Shown here piece by piece: positions 46,361 through 57,600 of a DNA stretch of 64,000 bases. The notes under the pieces are model-generated. The model ran no database searches. It saw only the letters and a program-made list of their open reading frames with translations, and was not told where the DNA came from. A program made the translations under genes and the position numbers. The DNA comes from Ranitomeya imitator. Its lineage: Eukaryota. Where the stretch lies: assembly GCF_032444005.1 (NCBI RefSeq), contig NC_091283.1, positions 33,046,001-33,110,000 of the forward strand, written 5' to 3'. Numbering within the stretch: the stretch's first letter is position 1; every line of letters begins with the position of its first letter.

Positions 46361-47435
46361 TATATATATAATTGTCTAAGGGGTACTTCCGTCTGTTTGT
46401 CTGTAACTTCCGTAACGGAAATCCAGCGTCGCTGATTGGTCGCGCCCGACCGGCCGCGACCAATCAGCGATATTGGGGGGGGGGGGAAGTTAAACACCAC
46501 TTCACTTTTTACTATAGATGCTGCCTATGCAGCATCAATAATAAAAACAAATGTTAAAAATATGGTATTAATAATAATAAAAAAACATTATATTCTCACC
46601 TTCCGGCATCCACGGCAGCCTTTCCTGCACCTGGCGACGCTCCGATCCCAAGAATGCATTGCGGCAATAACTTGAGATCACGTAGCGGTCTCGTGAGACC
46701 CCTACATGATCACAAGTTATTGCCGGAAGGCATTACTGGGAACGGAGCGTCGCGAGGAGCATCGCTAAACGCCTGGGCTGGATCCGGGGGCCGCCGGAAG
46801 GTGAGTATATAACTATTTTTTATTTTAATTGGTTTTTTAACAGGGATATGGTGCCCACACTGCTATATACTACGTGGGCTGTTATATACTACGTGGGCTG
46901 GGTTATATACTACGTGGACTTTGTGATATACTACGTGGGCTGTGTTATATACGGCGTGGCCTGTGTTATATACTACGTCGCTGTGCTATACACTACGTGG
47001 GCTGTGTTATATACTACGTCGCTGTGCTATACACTACGTGGGCTGTGGTATATACTACGTCGTACGTGGGCTGTGTTATATACTACGTCGCTGTGCTATA
47101 TACTATGCGGGCTGTTATATACTGCGTGGGGTGTGTTATATACTACGTGGGCTATATTATATACTGCGTGGCCTGTGTTATATACTGCGTGGGCTGTGTT
47201 ATACACTACGTCGCTGTGCTATATACTACGTGGCCGGTGTTATATACTGTGTGTGCTGTTATACAGTACGTCGCTGTGCTATATACTACGTGGGCTGTGT
47301 TATATACTGTGAGGCTATGCTATATACTACGTGGCTGAGCAATATACTACGTGGCTGTGCAACATACTACGTGGGCTGTGTTATATACTGCGTGGACTGT
47401 GCTATATACTACATACATATTCTAGAAAATCGGGC

Positions 47436-47438
<3 letters not shown>
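46361..47438 (+). mobile_element. Non-autonomous Helitron, copy D (eroded ends)
   Basis: TATATAATTGTCTAAGGGTACTTCCGTC start; GGAAGGTGAGTAT; degenerate 21-23-bp ATATACTACGTGGGCTGTG repeats 46860-47410; truncated 3' TCTAGAAAATCGGGCCAC. Confidence 0.75.
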
Positions 47439-47488
<50 letters not shown>

Positions 47489-47502
47489 CACACATATATA
47501 TA

Positions 47503-49108
47503 CAGTGGGGTAAAAAAGTAGTTAGTCAGTCAGCAATAGTGCAAGTTCCACCACTTAAAAAGATGAGAGGCGTCTGTAATTTACATCATAGGTAGACCTC
47601 AACTATGGGAGACAAACTGAGGGAAAAAAATCCAGAAAATCATATTGTCTGTTTTTTTATCATTTTATTTGCATATTATGGTGGAAAATAAGTATTTGGT
47701 CAGAAACAAACAATCAAGATTTCTGGCTCTCACAGACCTGTAACTTCTTCTTTAAGAGTCTCCTCTTTCCTCCACTCATTACCTGTAGTAATGGCACCTG
47801 TTTAAACTTGTTATCAGTATAAAAAGACACCTGTGCACACCCTCAAACAGTCTGACTCCAAACTCCACTATGGTGAAGACCAAAGAGCTGTCAAAGGACA
47901 CCAGAAACAAAATTGTAGCCCTGCACCAGGCTGGGAAGACTGAATCTGCAATAGCCAACCAGCTTGGAGTGAAGAAATCAACAGTGGGAGCAATAATTAG
48001 AAAATGGAAGACATACAAGACCACTGATAATCTCCCTCGATCTGGGGCTCCACGCAAAATCCCACCCCGTGGGGTCAGAATGATCACAAGAACGGTGAGC
48101 AAAAATCCCAGAACCACGCGGGGGGACCTAGTGAATGAACTGCAGAGAGCTGGGACCAATGTAACAAGGCCTACCATAAGTAACACACTACGCCACCATG
48201 GACTCAGATCCTGCAGTGCCAGACATGTCCCACTGCTTAAGCCAGTACATGTCCGGGCCCGTCTGAAGTTTGCTAGAGAGCATTTGGATGATCCAGAGGA
48301 GTTTTGGGAGAATGTCCTATGGTCTGATGAAACCAAACTGGAACTGTTTGGTAGAAACACAACTTGTCGTGTTTGGAGGAAAAAGAATACTGAGTTGCAT
48401 CCATCAAACACCATACCTACTGTAAAGCATGGTGGTGGAAACATCATGCTTTGGGGCTGTTTCTCTGCAAAGGGGCCAGGACGACTGATCCGGGTACATG
48501 AAAGAATGAATGGGGCCATGTATCGTGAGATTTTGAGTGCAAACTTCCTTCCATCAGCAAGGGCATTGAAGATGAAACGTGGCTGGGTCTTTCAACATGA
48601 CAATGATCCAAAGCACACCGCCAGGGCAACGAAGGAGTGGCTTCGTAAGAAGCATTTCAAGGTCCTGGAGTGGCCTAGCCAGTCTCCAGATCTCAACCCT
48701 ATAGAAAACCTTTGGAGGGAGTTGAAAGTCCGTGTTGCCAAGCGAAAAGCCAAAAATATCACTGCTCTAGAGGAGATCTGCATGGAGGAATGGGCCAACA
48801 TACCAACAACAGTGTGTGGCAACCTTGTGAAGACTTACAGAAAACGTTTGACCTCTGTCATTGCCAACAAAGGATATATTACAAAGTATTGAGATGAAAT
48901 TTTGTTTCTGACCAAATACTTATTTTCCACCATAATATGCAAATAAAATGTTAAAAAAACAGACAATGTGATTTTCTGGATTTTTTTTTCTCAGTTTGTC
49001 TCCCATAGTTGAGGTCTACCTATGATGTAAATTACAGACGCCTCTCATCTTTTTAAGTGGTGGAACTTGCACTATTGCTGACTGACTAAATACTTTTTTG
49101 CCCCACTG
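47503..49108 (+). mobile_element. Full-length Tc1 transposon (1606 bp, 208-bp TIRs, TA TSD)
   Basis: TA|CAGTGGGG...CCCCACTG|TA inside a (TA)n tract; TIRs 47503-47710 and 48901-49108, about 6 mismatches by eye. Confidence 0.96.
47870..48892 (+). CDS. Tc1-family DD34E transposase, uninterrupted (340 aa)
   Basis: [16 protein letters not shown]..., [23 protein letters not shown] with D34E spacing. Confidence 0.94.
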   Translation: MVKTKELSKDTRNKIVALHQAGKTESAIANQLGVKKSTVGAIIRKWKTYKTTDNLPRSGAPRKIPPRGVRMITRTVSKNPRTTRGDLVNELQRAGTNVTRPTISNTLRHHGLRSCSARHVPLLKPVHVRARLKFAREHLDDPEEFWENVLWSDETKLELFGRNTTCRVWRKKNTELHPSNTIPTVKHGGGNIMLWGCFSAKGPGRLIRVHERMNGAMYREILSANFLPSARALKMKRGWVFQHDNDPKHTARATKEWLRKKHFKVLEWPSQSPDLNPIENLWRELKVRVAKRKAKNITALEEICMEEWANIPTTVCGNLVKTYRKRLTSVIANKGYITKY

Positions 49109-49164
<56 letters not shown>

Positions 49165-49169
<5 letters not shown>

Positions 49170-50792
49170 CAGACCAAAAGTTTGGACACACCTCATTTAA
49201 AGATTTTTCTGTATTTTCATGACTATGAAAATTGTACATTCACACTGAAGGCATCAAAACTATGAATAAGCACATGTGGAATTATATACTTAACAAAAAA
49301 GTGTAAAACAACTGAAATTATGTCTTATATTCTAGGTTCTTCAAAGTAGTTGCTTTGATGACTGCTTTGCACACTCTTGGCATTCTCTTGATGAGCTTCA
49401 AGAGGTAGACACCGGGAATGGTTTTCACTTCACAGGTGTGCCCTGTCAGGTTTAATAAGTGGGATTTCTTGCCTTATAAATGGGGTTGGGACCATCAGTT
49501 GTGTTGTGCAGAAGTCTGGTGGATACACAGCTGATAGTCCTACTGAATAGACTGTTAGAATTTGTATTATGGCAAGAAAAAAGCAGCTAAGTAAAGAAAA
49601 ACGAGTGGCCATCATTACTTTAAGAAATGAAGGCAGTTAGTCCGAAAAATTGGGAAAACTTTTAAAGTGTCCCCAAGTGCAGTTGCAAAAACCATGAAGC
49701 GCTACAAAGAAACTGGCTCACATGAGGACCACCCCAGGAAAGGAAGACCAAGAGTCACCTCTGCTTCTGAGGATTAGTTTATCCGAGTCACCAGCCTCAG
49801 AAATCGCAGATTAACAGCAGCTCAGATTAGAGACCAGGTCAATGCCACACAGAGTTCTAGCAGCAGACACATTTCTACAACAACTGTTAAGAGGAGACTT
49901 TGTGCAGCAGGTCTTCATGGTAAAATATCTGCTAGGATACCACTGGTAAGGACAGGCAACAAGCAGAAGAGACTTGTTTGGACTAAAGAACACAAGGAAT
50001 GGACATTAGACCAGTGGAAATCTGTGCTTTGGTCTGATGAGTCCAAATTTGAGATCTTTGGCTCCAACCACCGTGTCTTTGTGCGACGCAGAGAAGGTGA
50101 ACGGATGGACTCTACATGCCTGGTTCCCACCGTGAAGCATGGAGGAGGAGGTGTGATGGTGTGTGGGGGGGGGGGGGGGCTTTGCTGGTGACACTGTTGG
50201 GATTTATTCAAAATTGAAGGCATACTGAACCAGCATGGCTACCACAGCATCTTGCAGCGGCATGCTATTCCATCCGGTTTGCGTTTTGTTGGACCATCAT
50301 TTATTTTTCAACAGGACAATGATCCGAAACACACCTCCAGGCTGTGTAAGGGCTATTTGACCAAGAAGGAGAGTGATGGGGTGCTACGCCAGATGACCTG
50401 GCCTTCACAGTCACCAGACCTGAACCCAATCGAGATGGTTTGGGGTGAGCTGGACCGCAGAGTGAAGGCAAAAGGGCCAACAAGGGCTAAGCATCTCTGG
50501 GAACTCCTACAAGATTGTTGGAAGACCATTCCCGGTGACTACCTCTTGAAGCTCATCAAGAGAATGCCAAGAGTGTGCAAAGCAGTCATCAAAGCAAAAG
50601 GTGGCTACTTTGAAGATCCTAGAATATAAGACATAATTTCAGTTGTTTCACACTTTTTTGTTAAGTATATAGTTCCACATGTGTTATTTCATAGTTTTGA
50701 TGCCTTCAGTGTGAATGTAGAATTTTCTTAGTCAGGAAAATACAGAAAAATCTTTAAATGAGAAGGTGTGTCCAAACTTTTGATCTGTACTG
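49165..50792 (+). mobile_element. Full-length Tc1 element with a frameshifted transposase (third family)
   Basis: TIR CACTACAGACCAAAAGTTTGGACAC / GTGTCCAAACTTTTGATCTGTACTG; MARKKQLSKEKRVAII at 49569, frameshifts near 49630 and at the G-run near 50166, QQDND...SPDLNPIE, stop 50629. Confidence 0.92.
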
Positions 50793-51005
50793 CATATATA
50801 TATATATATATTTACATATATTCCATAAGTTGGAATTGGAGGTATATATGCCATACGCTCACCGCGAGTTCCCCAATAACCAACCTAGTAGTGGAAGCAG
50901 TTGCGGCCCCGTCCATCACTCGCCAGTCATATGACGATTTGAGGCAGCGGAGTTGAGTTTCCCTGATAAACTGGTGGCAGTGGGGGGATCTGTGTGACCC
51001 CCGGC

Positions 51006-53556
51006 AGTGTGCAGTGGGTGCTGTGTGCGCTGTGTGTGGTGGGCGCCGTGTGTGGTGGGCGCTCTGTGTGGTGGGCGCTCTGTGTGGTGGGCGCTCTGTG
51101 TGGTGGGCGCTCTGTGTGGTGGGCGCTCTGTGTGGTGGGCGCTGTGTGTGGTGGGCGCTCTGTGTGTGGTGGGCGCTCTGTGTGGTGGGCGCTCTGTGTG
51201 GTGGGCGCTGTGTGTGGTGGGCGCTCTGTGTGGTGGGCGCTCTGTGTGGTGGGCGCTCTGTGTGGTGGGCGCTCTGTGTGGTGGGCGCTCTGTGTGGTGG
51301 GCGCTGTTTGGTGGGCGCTCTGTGTGGTGGGCGCTCTGTGTGGTGGGCGCTCTGTGTGGTGGGCGCTCTGTGTGGTGGGCGCTCTGTGTGGTGGGCGCTC
51401 TGTGTGGTGGGCGCTCTGTGTGGTGGGCGCTCTGTGTGGTGGGCGCTCTGTGTGGTGGGCGCTCTGTGTGGTGGGCGCTCTGTGTGGTGGGCGCTCTGTG
51501 TGTGGTGGGCGCTGTGTGTGGTGGGCGCTCTGTGTGGTGGGCGCTGTGTGTGGTGGGCGCTCTGTGTGGTGGGCGCTGTGTGTGGTGGGCGCTCTGTGTG
51601 TGGTGGGCGCTCTGTGTGGTGGGCGCTGTGTGTGGTGGGCGCTGTGTGTGGTGGGCGCTGTGTGGTGGGCGCTCTGTGTGGTGGGCGCTGTGTGTGGTGG
51701 GCGCTCTGTGTGGTGGGCGCTCTGTGTGGTGGGCGCTCTGTGTGTGGTGGGCGCTGTGTGGTGGGCGCTCTGTGTGGTGGGCGCTGTGTGTGGTGGGCGC
51801 TGTGTGTGGTGGGCGCTGTGTGTGGTGGGCGCTCTGTGTGGTGGGCGCTCTGTGTGTGGTGGGCGCTGTGTGGTGGGCGCTCTGTGTGGTGGGCGCTCTG
51901 TGTGTGGTGGGCGCTCTGTGTGGTGGGCGCTCTGTGTGGTGGGCGCTCTGTGTGTGGTGGGCGCTGTGTTTGGTGGGCGCTCTGTGTGGTGGGCGCTCTG
52001 TGTGGTGGGCGCTCTGTGTGGTGGGCGCTGTGTGTGGTGGGCGCTGTGTGTGGTGGGCGCTGTGTGTGGTGGGCGCTGTGTGTGGTGGGCGCTCTGTGTG
52101 TGGTGGGCGCTGTGTGGTGGGCGCTCTGTGTGGTGGGCGCTCTGTGTGGTGGGCGCTCTGTGTGTGGTGGGCGCTCTGTGTGGTGGGCGCTCTGTGTGGT
52201 GGGCGCTCTGTGTGTGGTGGGCGCTGTGTTTGGTGGGCGCTCTGTGTGGTGGGCGCTCTGTGTGGTGGGCGCTGTGTGTAGTGGGCGTTGTGTGTGGTGG
52301 GCGCTCTGTGTGTTGGGCGCTCTGTGTGGTGGGCGCTCTGTGTGGTGGGTGCTCTGTGTGGTGGGCGCTGTGTGTGGTGGGCGCTGTGTGTGGTGGGCGC
52401 TGTGTTTGGTGGGTGCTCTGTGTGTGGTGGGCGCTGTGTGTGGTGGGCGCTGTGTTTGGTGGGCGCTGTGTGTGGTGGGCGCTCTGTGTGTGGTGGGCGC
52501 TGTGTGTAGTGGGCGTTGTGTGTGGTGGGCGCTCTGTGTGTTGGGCGCTCTGTGTGGTGGGCGCTCTGTGTGGTGGGTGCTCTGTGTGGTGGGCGCTGTG
52601 TGTGGTGGGCGCTGTGTGTGGTGGGCGCTGTGTTTGGTGGGCGTTGTGTGTGGTGGGCGCTCTGTGTGGTGGGCGCTGTGTGTGGTGGGCGCTCTGTGTG
52701 GTGGGCGCTGTGTGTGGTGGGCGCTCTGTGTGGTGGGCGCTCTGTGTGGTGGGCGCTCTGTGTGGTGGGCGCTGTGTGTAGTGGGCGTTGTGTGTGGTGG
52801 GCGCTCTGTGTGTTGGGCGCTCTGTGTGGTGGGCGCTCTGTGTGGTGGGTGCTCTGTGTGGTGGGCGCTGTGTGTGGTGGGCGCTGTGTGTGGTGGGCGC
52901 TGTGTGTGGTGGGCGCTCTGTGTGTGGTGGGCGCTGTGTGGTGGGCGCTGTGTGTGGTGGGCGCTGTGTGTGGTGGGCGCTGTGTTTGGTGGGCGTTGTG
53001 TGTGGTGGGCGCTGTGTGTGGTGGGCGCTCTGTGTAGTGGGCGCTCTGTGTGGTGGGTGCTGTGTGTAGTGGGCGCTCTGTGTAGTGGGCGCTCTGTGTG
53101 TGGTGGGCGCTGTGTGCGGTGGGCGCTCTGTGTAGTGGGCGCTCTGTGTGTGGTGGGCGCTCTGTGTGGTGGGCGCTCTGTGCAGTGGGCGCTGTGTGTG
53201 GTGGGCGCTGTGTGCGGTGGGCGCTGTGTGCGGTGGGCGCTCTGTGTAGTGGGCGCTCTGTGTGTGGTGGGCGCTCTGTGTGGTGGGCGCTCTGTGTGGT
53301 GGGTGCTGTGTGTGGTGGGCGCTGTGTGCGGTGGGCGCTGTGTGCGGTGGGCGCTCTGTGTAGTGGGCGCTCTGTGTGTGGTGGGCGCTCTGTGTGGTGG
53401 GCGCTCTGTGTGGTGGGTGCTGTGTGCGGTGGGCGCTGTGTGCGGTGGGCGCTCTGTGTAGTGGGCGCTCTGTGTGTGGTGGGCGCTCTGTGTGGTGGGC
53501 GCTCTGTGTGGTGGGTGCTGTGTGTGGTGGGCGCCATGTGTAGTGGGCGCTGTGTG
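51006..53556. repeat. 18/20-bp G-rich minisatellite (GTGGTGGGCGCTCTGT[GT]), about 135 units
   Basis: Tandem units; diagnostic variant block at 52279, 52507 and 52779. Confidence 0.97.
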
Positions 53557-54620
53557 CAGCCACCTGGCGCACCAGAACCTCCACCACCATGGTGTCACCG
53601 TGTGCGGCGCTCTGTGACGGAGGATTCTCACATTTGGTGCAGCAGCCAATCACATTGCAGCGCTCGTTATTATCGCAGTGACCTGAGTGGTCGTATTTCT
53701 TTATGGTGGTCTTCAGCCCGCGCTGCTGGATTAATAATAAGCCGTCTCTATGCTCCAGTGTATACTACCTGCATACAGCTGGCGACTGTCGGAGCATGCT
53801 GGGAGTTGTAGTCCTGCATCAAGCAGCCAGACACAAGTCACTCTCCCCTGATTATCTGGCAATTCCTTATTGTAATGTGATCGGAGTGTGGGAAATCTGG
53901 CACTACAAGTCCCAGCATGGCCAGCCTGAGCTGTAATACCCCGGGGTCCCGCCTCGCACATGCCCCACCACTCACCAGCTTCTCCCAGCAGGGGATGTGC
54001 GCACTGCGCCGCCTAGTGCTTACAGTCGTAGTAGGTACCGGATTTCAGCCTAGCTGCCCTGTGATTGGCTACGTCTGCTCCAGTGACATCTCTCAGCCAA
54101 TCAGAGTTCACGTAGACGCGCAGCTGCAGAGATGTGAGCCAATCACAGGGCTGCTTGTAAGATTGAAGTGATGCGCGCAATGTAGAGCAGGGAATGCATG
54201 CTGGGAGTTGTAGTTCTCGCTGTGGTGCTTGTGTACATGGCACCTGCTGCGCTATTATCCACTGTACATGAAAACCTCCTGGCGAGTAGTGGAAGAAGGA
54301 GGCGTTCTGGTGCCTGTAACCCTGCGCCTGCTCTGTAGAGGATAGATCACGAAGAACTACAAGTCCCAGGATTACTACACTATTCTTGTCTCCTAACTGA
54401 CCTCATAATCTGATAATGACTATGAAACCAATAGGAAATAATGTGACTGTGGGGGTCTCTGCGGGGCAGCAGGCAGGATATTGGGGGTATATCAGAGCGC
54501 AGCACCGCGGGTCACAACAACGAAGCAACGACAGGACGCGGCCGCCATCAGAATGACTGGGGTCACTGCCAACGAGCTGTTATCAATGGCTGCACTAAGC
54601 TCCCAACACCTATCACTGTA
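53557..54620. promoter_or_regulatory. CpG-rich, probably bidirectional promoter (gene 3 on -, unidentified transcript on +)
   Basis: Four ACTACAAnTCCCAG motifs (53794-53812 rev, 53902-53919, 54196-54214 rev, 54356-54370), several CCAAT boxes, candidate minus-strand donor CAG|GTGGCT at 53563. Confidence 0.7.
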
Positions 54621-54623
54621 GGC

Positions 54624-57600
54624 GACACCGAGACGCCATCATTCCCTGTAGACACCAAGACGCCATCATTCCCTGTAGACACCAAGACGCCATCATTCCC
54701 TGTAGACACCAAGACGCCATCATTCCCTGTAGACACCAAGACGTCATCATTCCCTGTAGACACCAAGACGCCATCATTCCCTGTAGACACCAAGACGTCA
54801 TCATTCCCTGTAGACACCAAGACGCCATCATTCCCTGTAGACATTACCAAGACGCCATCATTCCCTGTAGACACCAAGACGCCATCATTCCCTGTAGACA
54901 CCAAGACGCCATTATTCCCTGTAGACATTACCAAGACGCCATCCTTCCCTGTAGACACCAAGACGTCATCATTCCCTGTAGACATTACCAAGACGCCATC
55001 ATTCCCTGTAGACACCAAGACGCCATCATTCCCTGTAGACACCAAGACGCCATCATTCCCTGTAGACACCAAGACGCCATCATTCCCTGTAGACACCATC
55101 ATTTCCTGTAGACACCAAGACGTCATCATTCCCTGTAGACACCAAGACGTCATCATTCCCTGTAGACATTACCAAGACGCCATCATTCCCTGTAGACACC
55201 AAGACGCCATCATTCCCTGTAGACACCAAGACGTCATCATTCCCTGTAGACATTACCAAGACGCCATCATTCCCTGTAGACATTACCAAGACGCCATCAT
55301 TCCCTGTAGACACCGAGACGCCATCATTCCCTGTAGACACCAAGACGCCATCATTCCCTGTAGACACCAAGACGCCATCATTCCCTGTAGACATTACCAA
55401 GACGCCATCATTCCCTGTAGACACCAAGACGTCATCATTCCCTGTAGACATTACCAAGACGCCATCATTCCCTGTAGACACCAAGACGCCATCATTCCCT
55501 GTAGACACCAAGACGCCATCATTCCCTGTAGACATTACCAAGACGCCATCATTCCCTGTAGACACCAAGACGCCATCATTCCCTGTAGACACCAAGACGC
55601 CATCATTCCCTGTAGACACCAAGACGCCATCATTCCCTGTAGACACCAAGACGCCATCATTCCCTGTAGACATTACCAAGACGCCATCATTCCCTGTAGA
55701 CACCAAGACGCCATCATTCCCTGTAGACACCAAGACGCCATCATTCCCTGTAGACACCAAGACGCCATCATTCCCTGTAGACATTACCAAGACGCCATCA
55801 TTCCCTGTAGACACCAAGACGCCATCATTCCCTGTAGACACCAAGACGCCATCATTCCCTGTAGACACCAAGACGCCATCATTCCCTGTAGACACCAAGA
55901 CGCCATCATTCCCTGTAGACACCAAGACGCCATCATTCCCTGTAGACATTACCAAGACGCCATCATTCCCTGTAGACACCAAGACGCCATCTATCCCTGT
56001 AGACACCAAGACGTCATCATTCCCTGTAGACATTACCAAGACGCCATCATTCCCTGTAGACACCAAGACGCCATCTATCCCTGTAGACACCAAGACGCCA
56101 TCATTCCCTGTAGACACCAAGACGTCATCATTCCCTGTAGACACCAAGACGTCATCATTCCCTGTAGACATTACCAAGACGCCATCATTCCCTGTAGACA
56201 CCAAGACGCCATCATTCCCTGTAGACACCAAGACGTCATCATTCCCTGTAGACATTACCAAGACGCCATCATTCCCTGTAGACATTACCAAGACGCCATC
56301 ATTCCCTGTAGACACCAAGACGTCATCATTCCCTGTAGACACCAAGACGCCATCATTCCCTGTAGACACCAAGACGCCATCATTCCCTGTAGACACCAAG
56401 ACGCCGTCATTCCCTGTAGACACCAAGACGCCATCATTCCCTGTAGACACCAAGACGCCATCATTCCCTGTAGACATTACCAAGACGCCATCATTCCCTG
56501 TAGACACCAAGACGTCATCATTCCCTGTAGACACCAAGACGCCATCATTCCCTGTAGACACCAAGACGCCATCATTCCCTGTAGACATTACCAAGACGCC
56601 ATCATTCCCTGTAGACATTACCAAGACGCCATCATTCCCTGTAGGCACCAAGACGCCGTCATTCCCTGTAGACACCAAGACGCCGTCATTCCCTGTAGAC
56701 ACCAAGACGCCGTCATTCCCTGTAGACACCAAGACGCCATCATTCCCTGTAGACATTACCAAGACGCCATCATTCCCTGTAGGCACCAAGACGTCATCAT
56801 TCCCTGTAGACACCAAGACGCCATCATTCCCTGTAGACACCAAGACGCCATCATTCCCTGTAGACACCAAGACGCCATCATTCCCTGTAGACACCAAGAC
56901 GCCATCATTCCCTGTAGACACCAAGACGCCGTCATTTCCTGTAGACACCAAGACGCCATCATTCCCTGTAGACACCAAGACGCCATCATTCCCTGTAGAC
57001 ATTACCAAGACGCCATCATTCCCTGTAGACACCAAGACGCCATCATTCCCTGTAGACATTACCAAGAGGCCATCATTCCCTGTAGACATTACCAAGACGC
57101 CATCATTCCCTGTAGGCACCAAGACGTCATCATTCCCTGTAGACACCAAGACGCCATCATTCCCTGTAGACACCAAGACGCCATCATTCCCTGTAGACAC
57201 CAAGACGCCATCATTCCCTGTAGACACCAAGACGCCATCATTCCCTGTAGACACCAAGACGCCGTCATTCCCTGTAGACACCAAGACGCCATCATTCCCT
57301 GTAGACACCAAGACGCCATCATTCCCTGTAGACATTACCAAGACGCCATCATTCCCTGTAGACATTACCAAGACGCCATCATTCCCTGTAGACATTACCA
57401 AGACGCCATCATTCCCTGTAGACATTACCAAGACGCCATCATTCCCTGTAGACATTACCAAGACGCCATCATTCCCTGTAGGCACCAAGACGCCGTCATT
57501 CCCTGTAGACACCAAGACGCCGTCATTCCCTGTAGACACCAAGACGCCGTCATTCCCTGTAGACACCATCATTCCCTGTAGACATTACCAAGACGCCATC

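Noticed and set aside
50812-53811. 800-945 aa ORFs in all six frames
   Set aside because: Product of a stop-free 18/20-bp repeat; simultaneous openness in all frames argues against coding.
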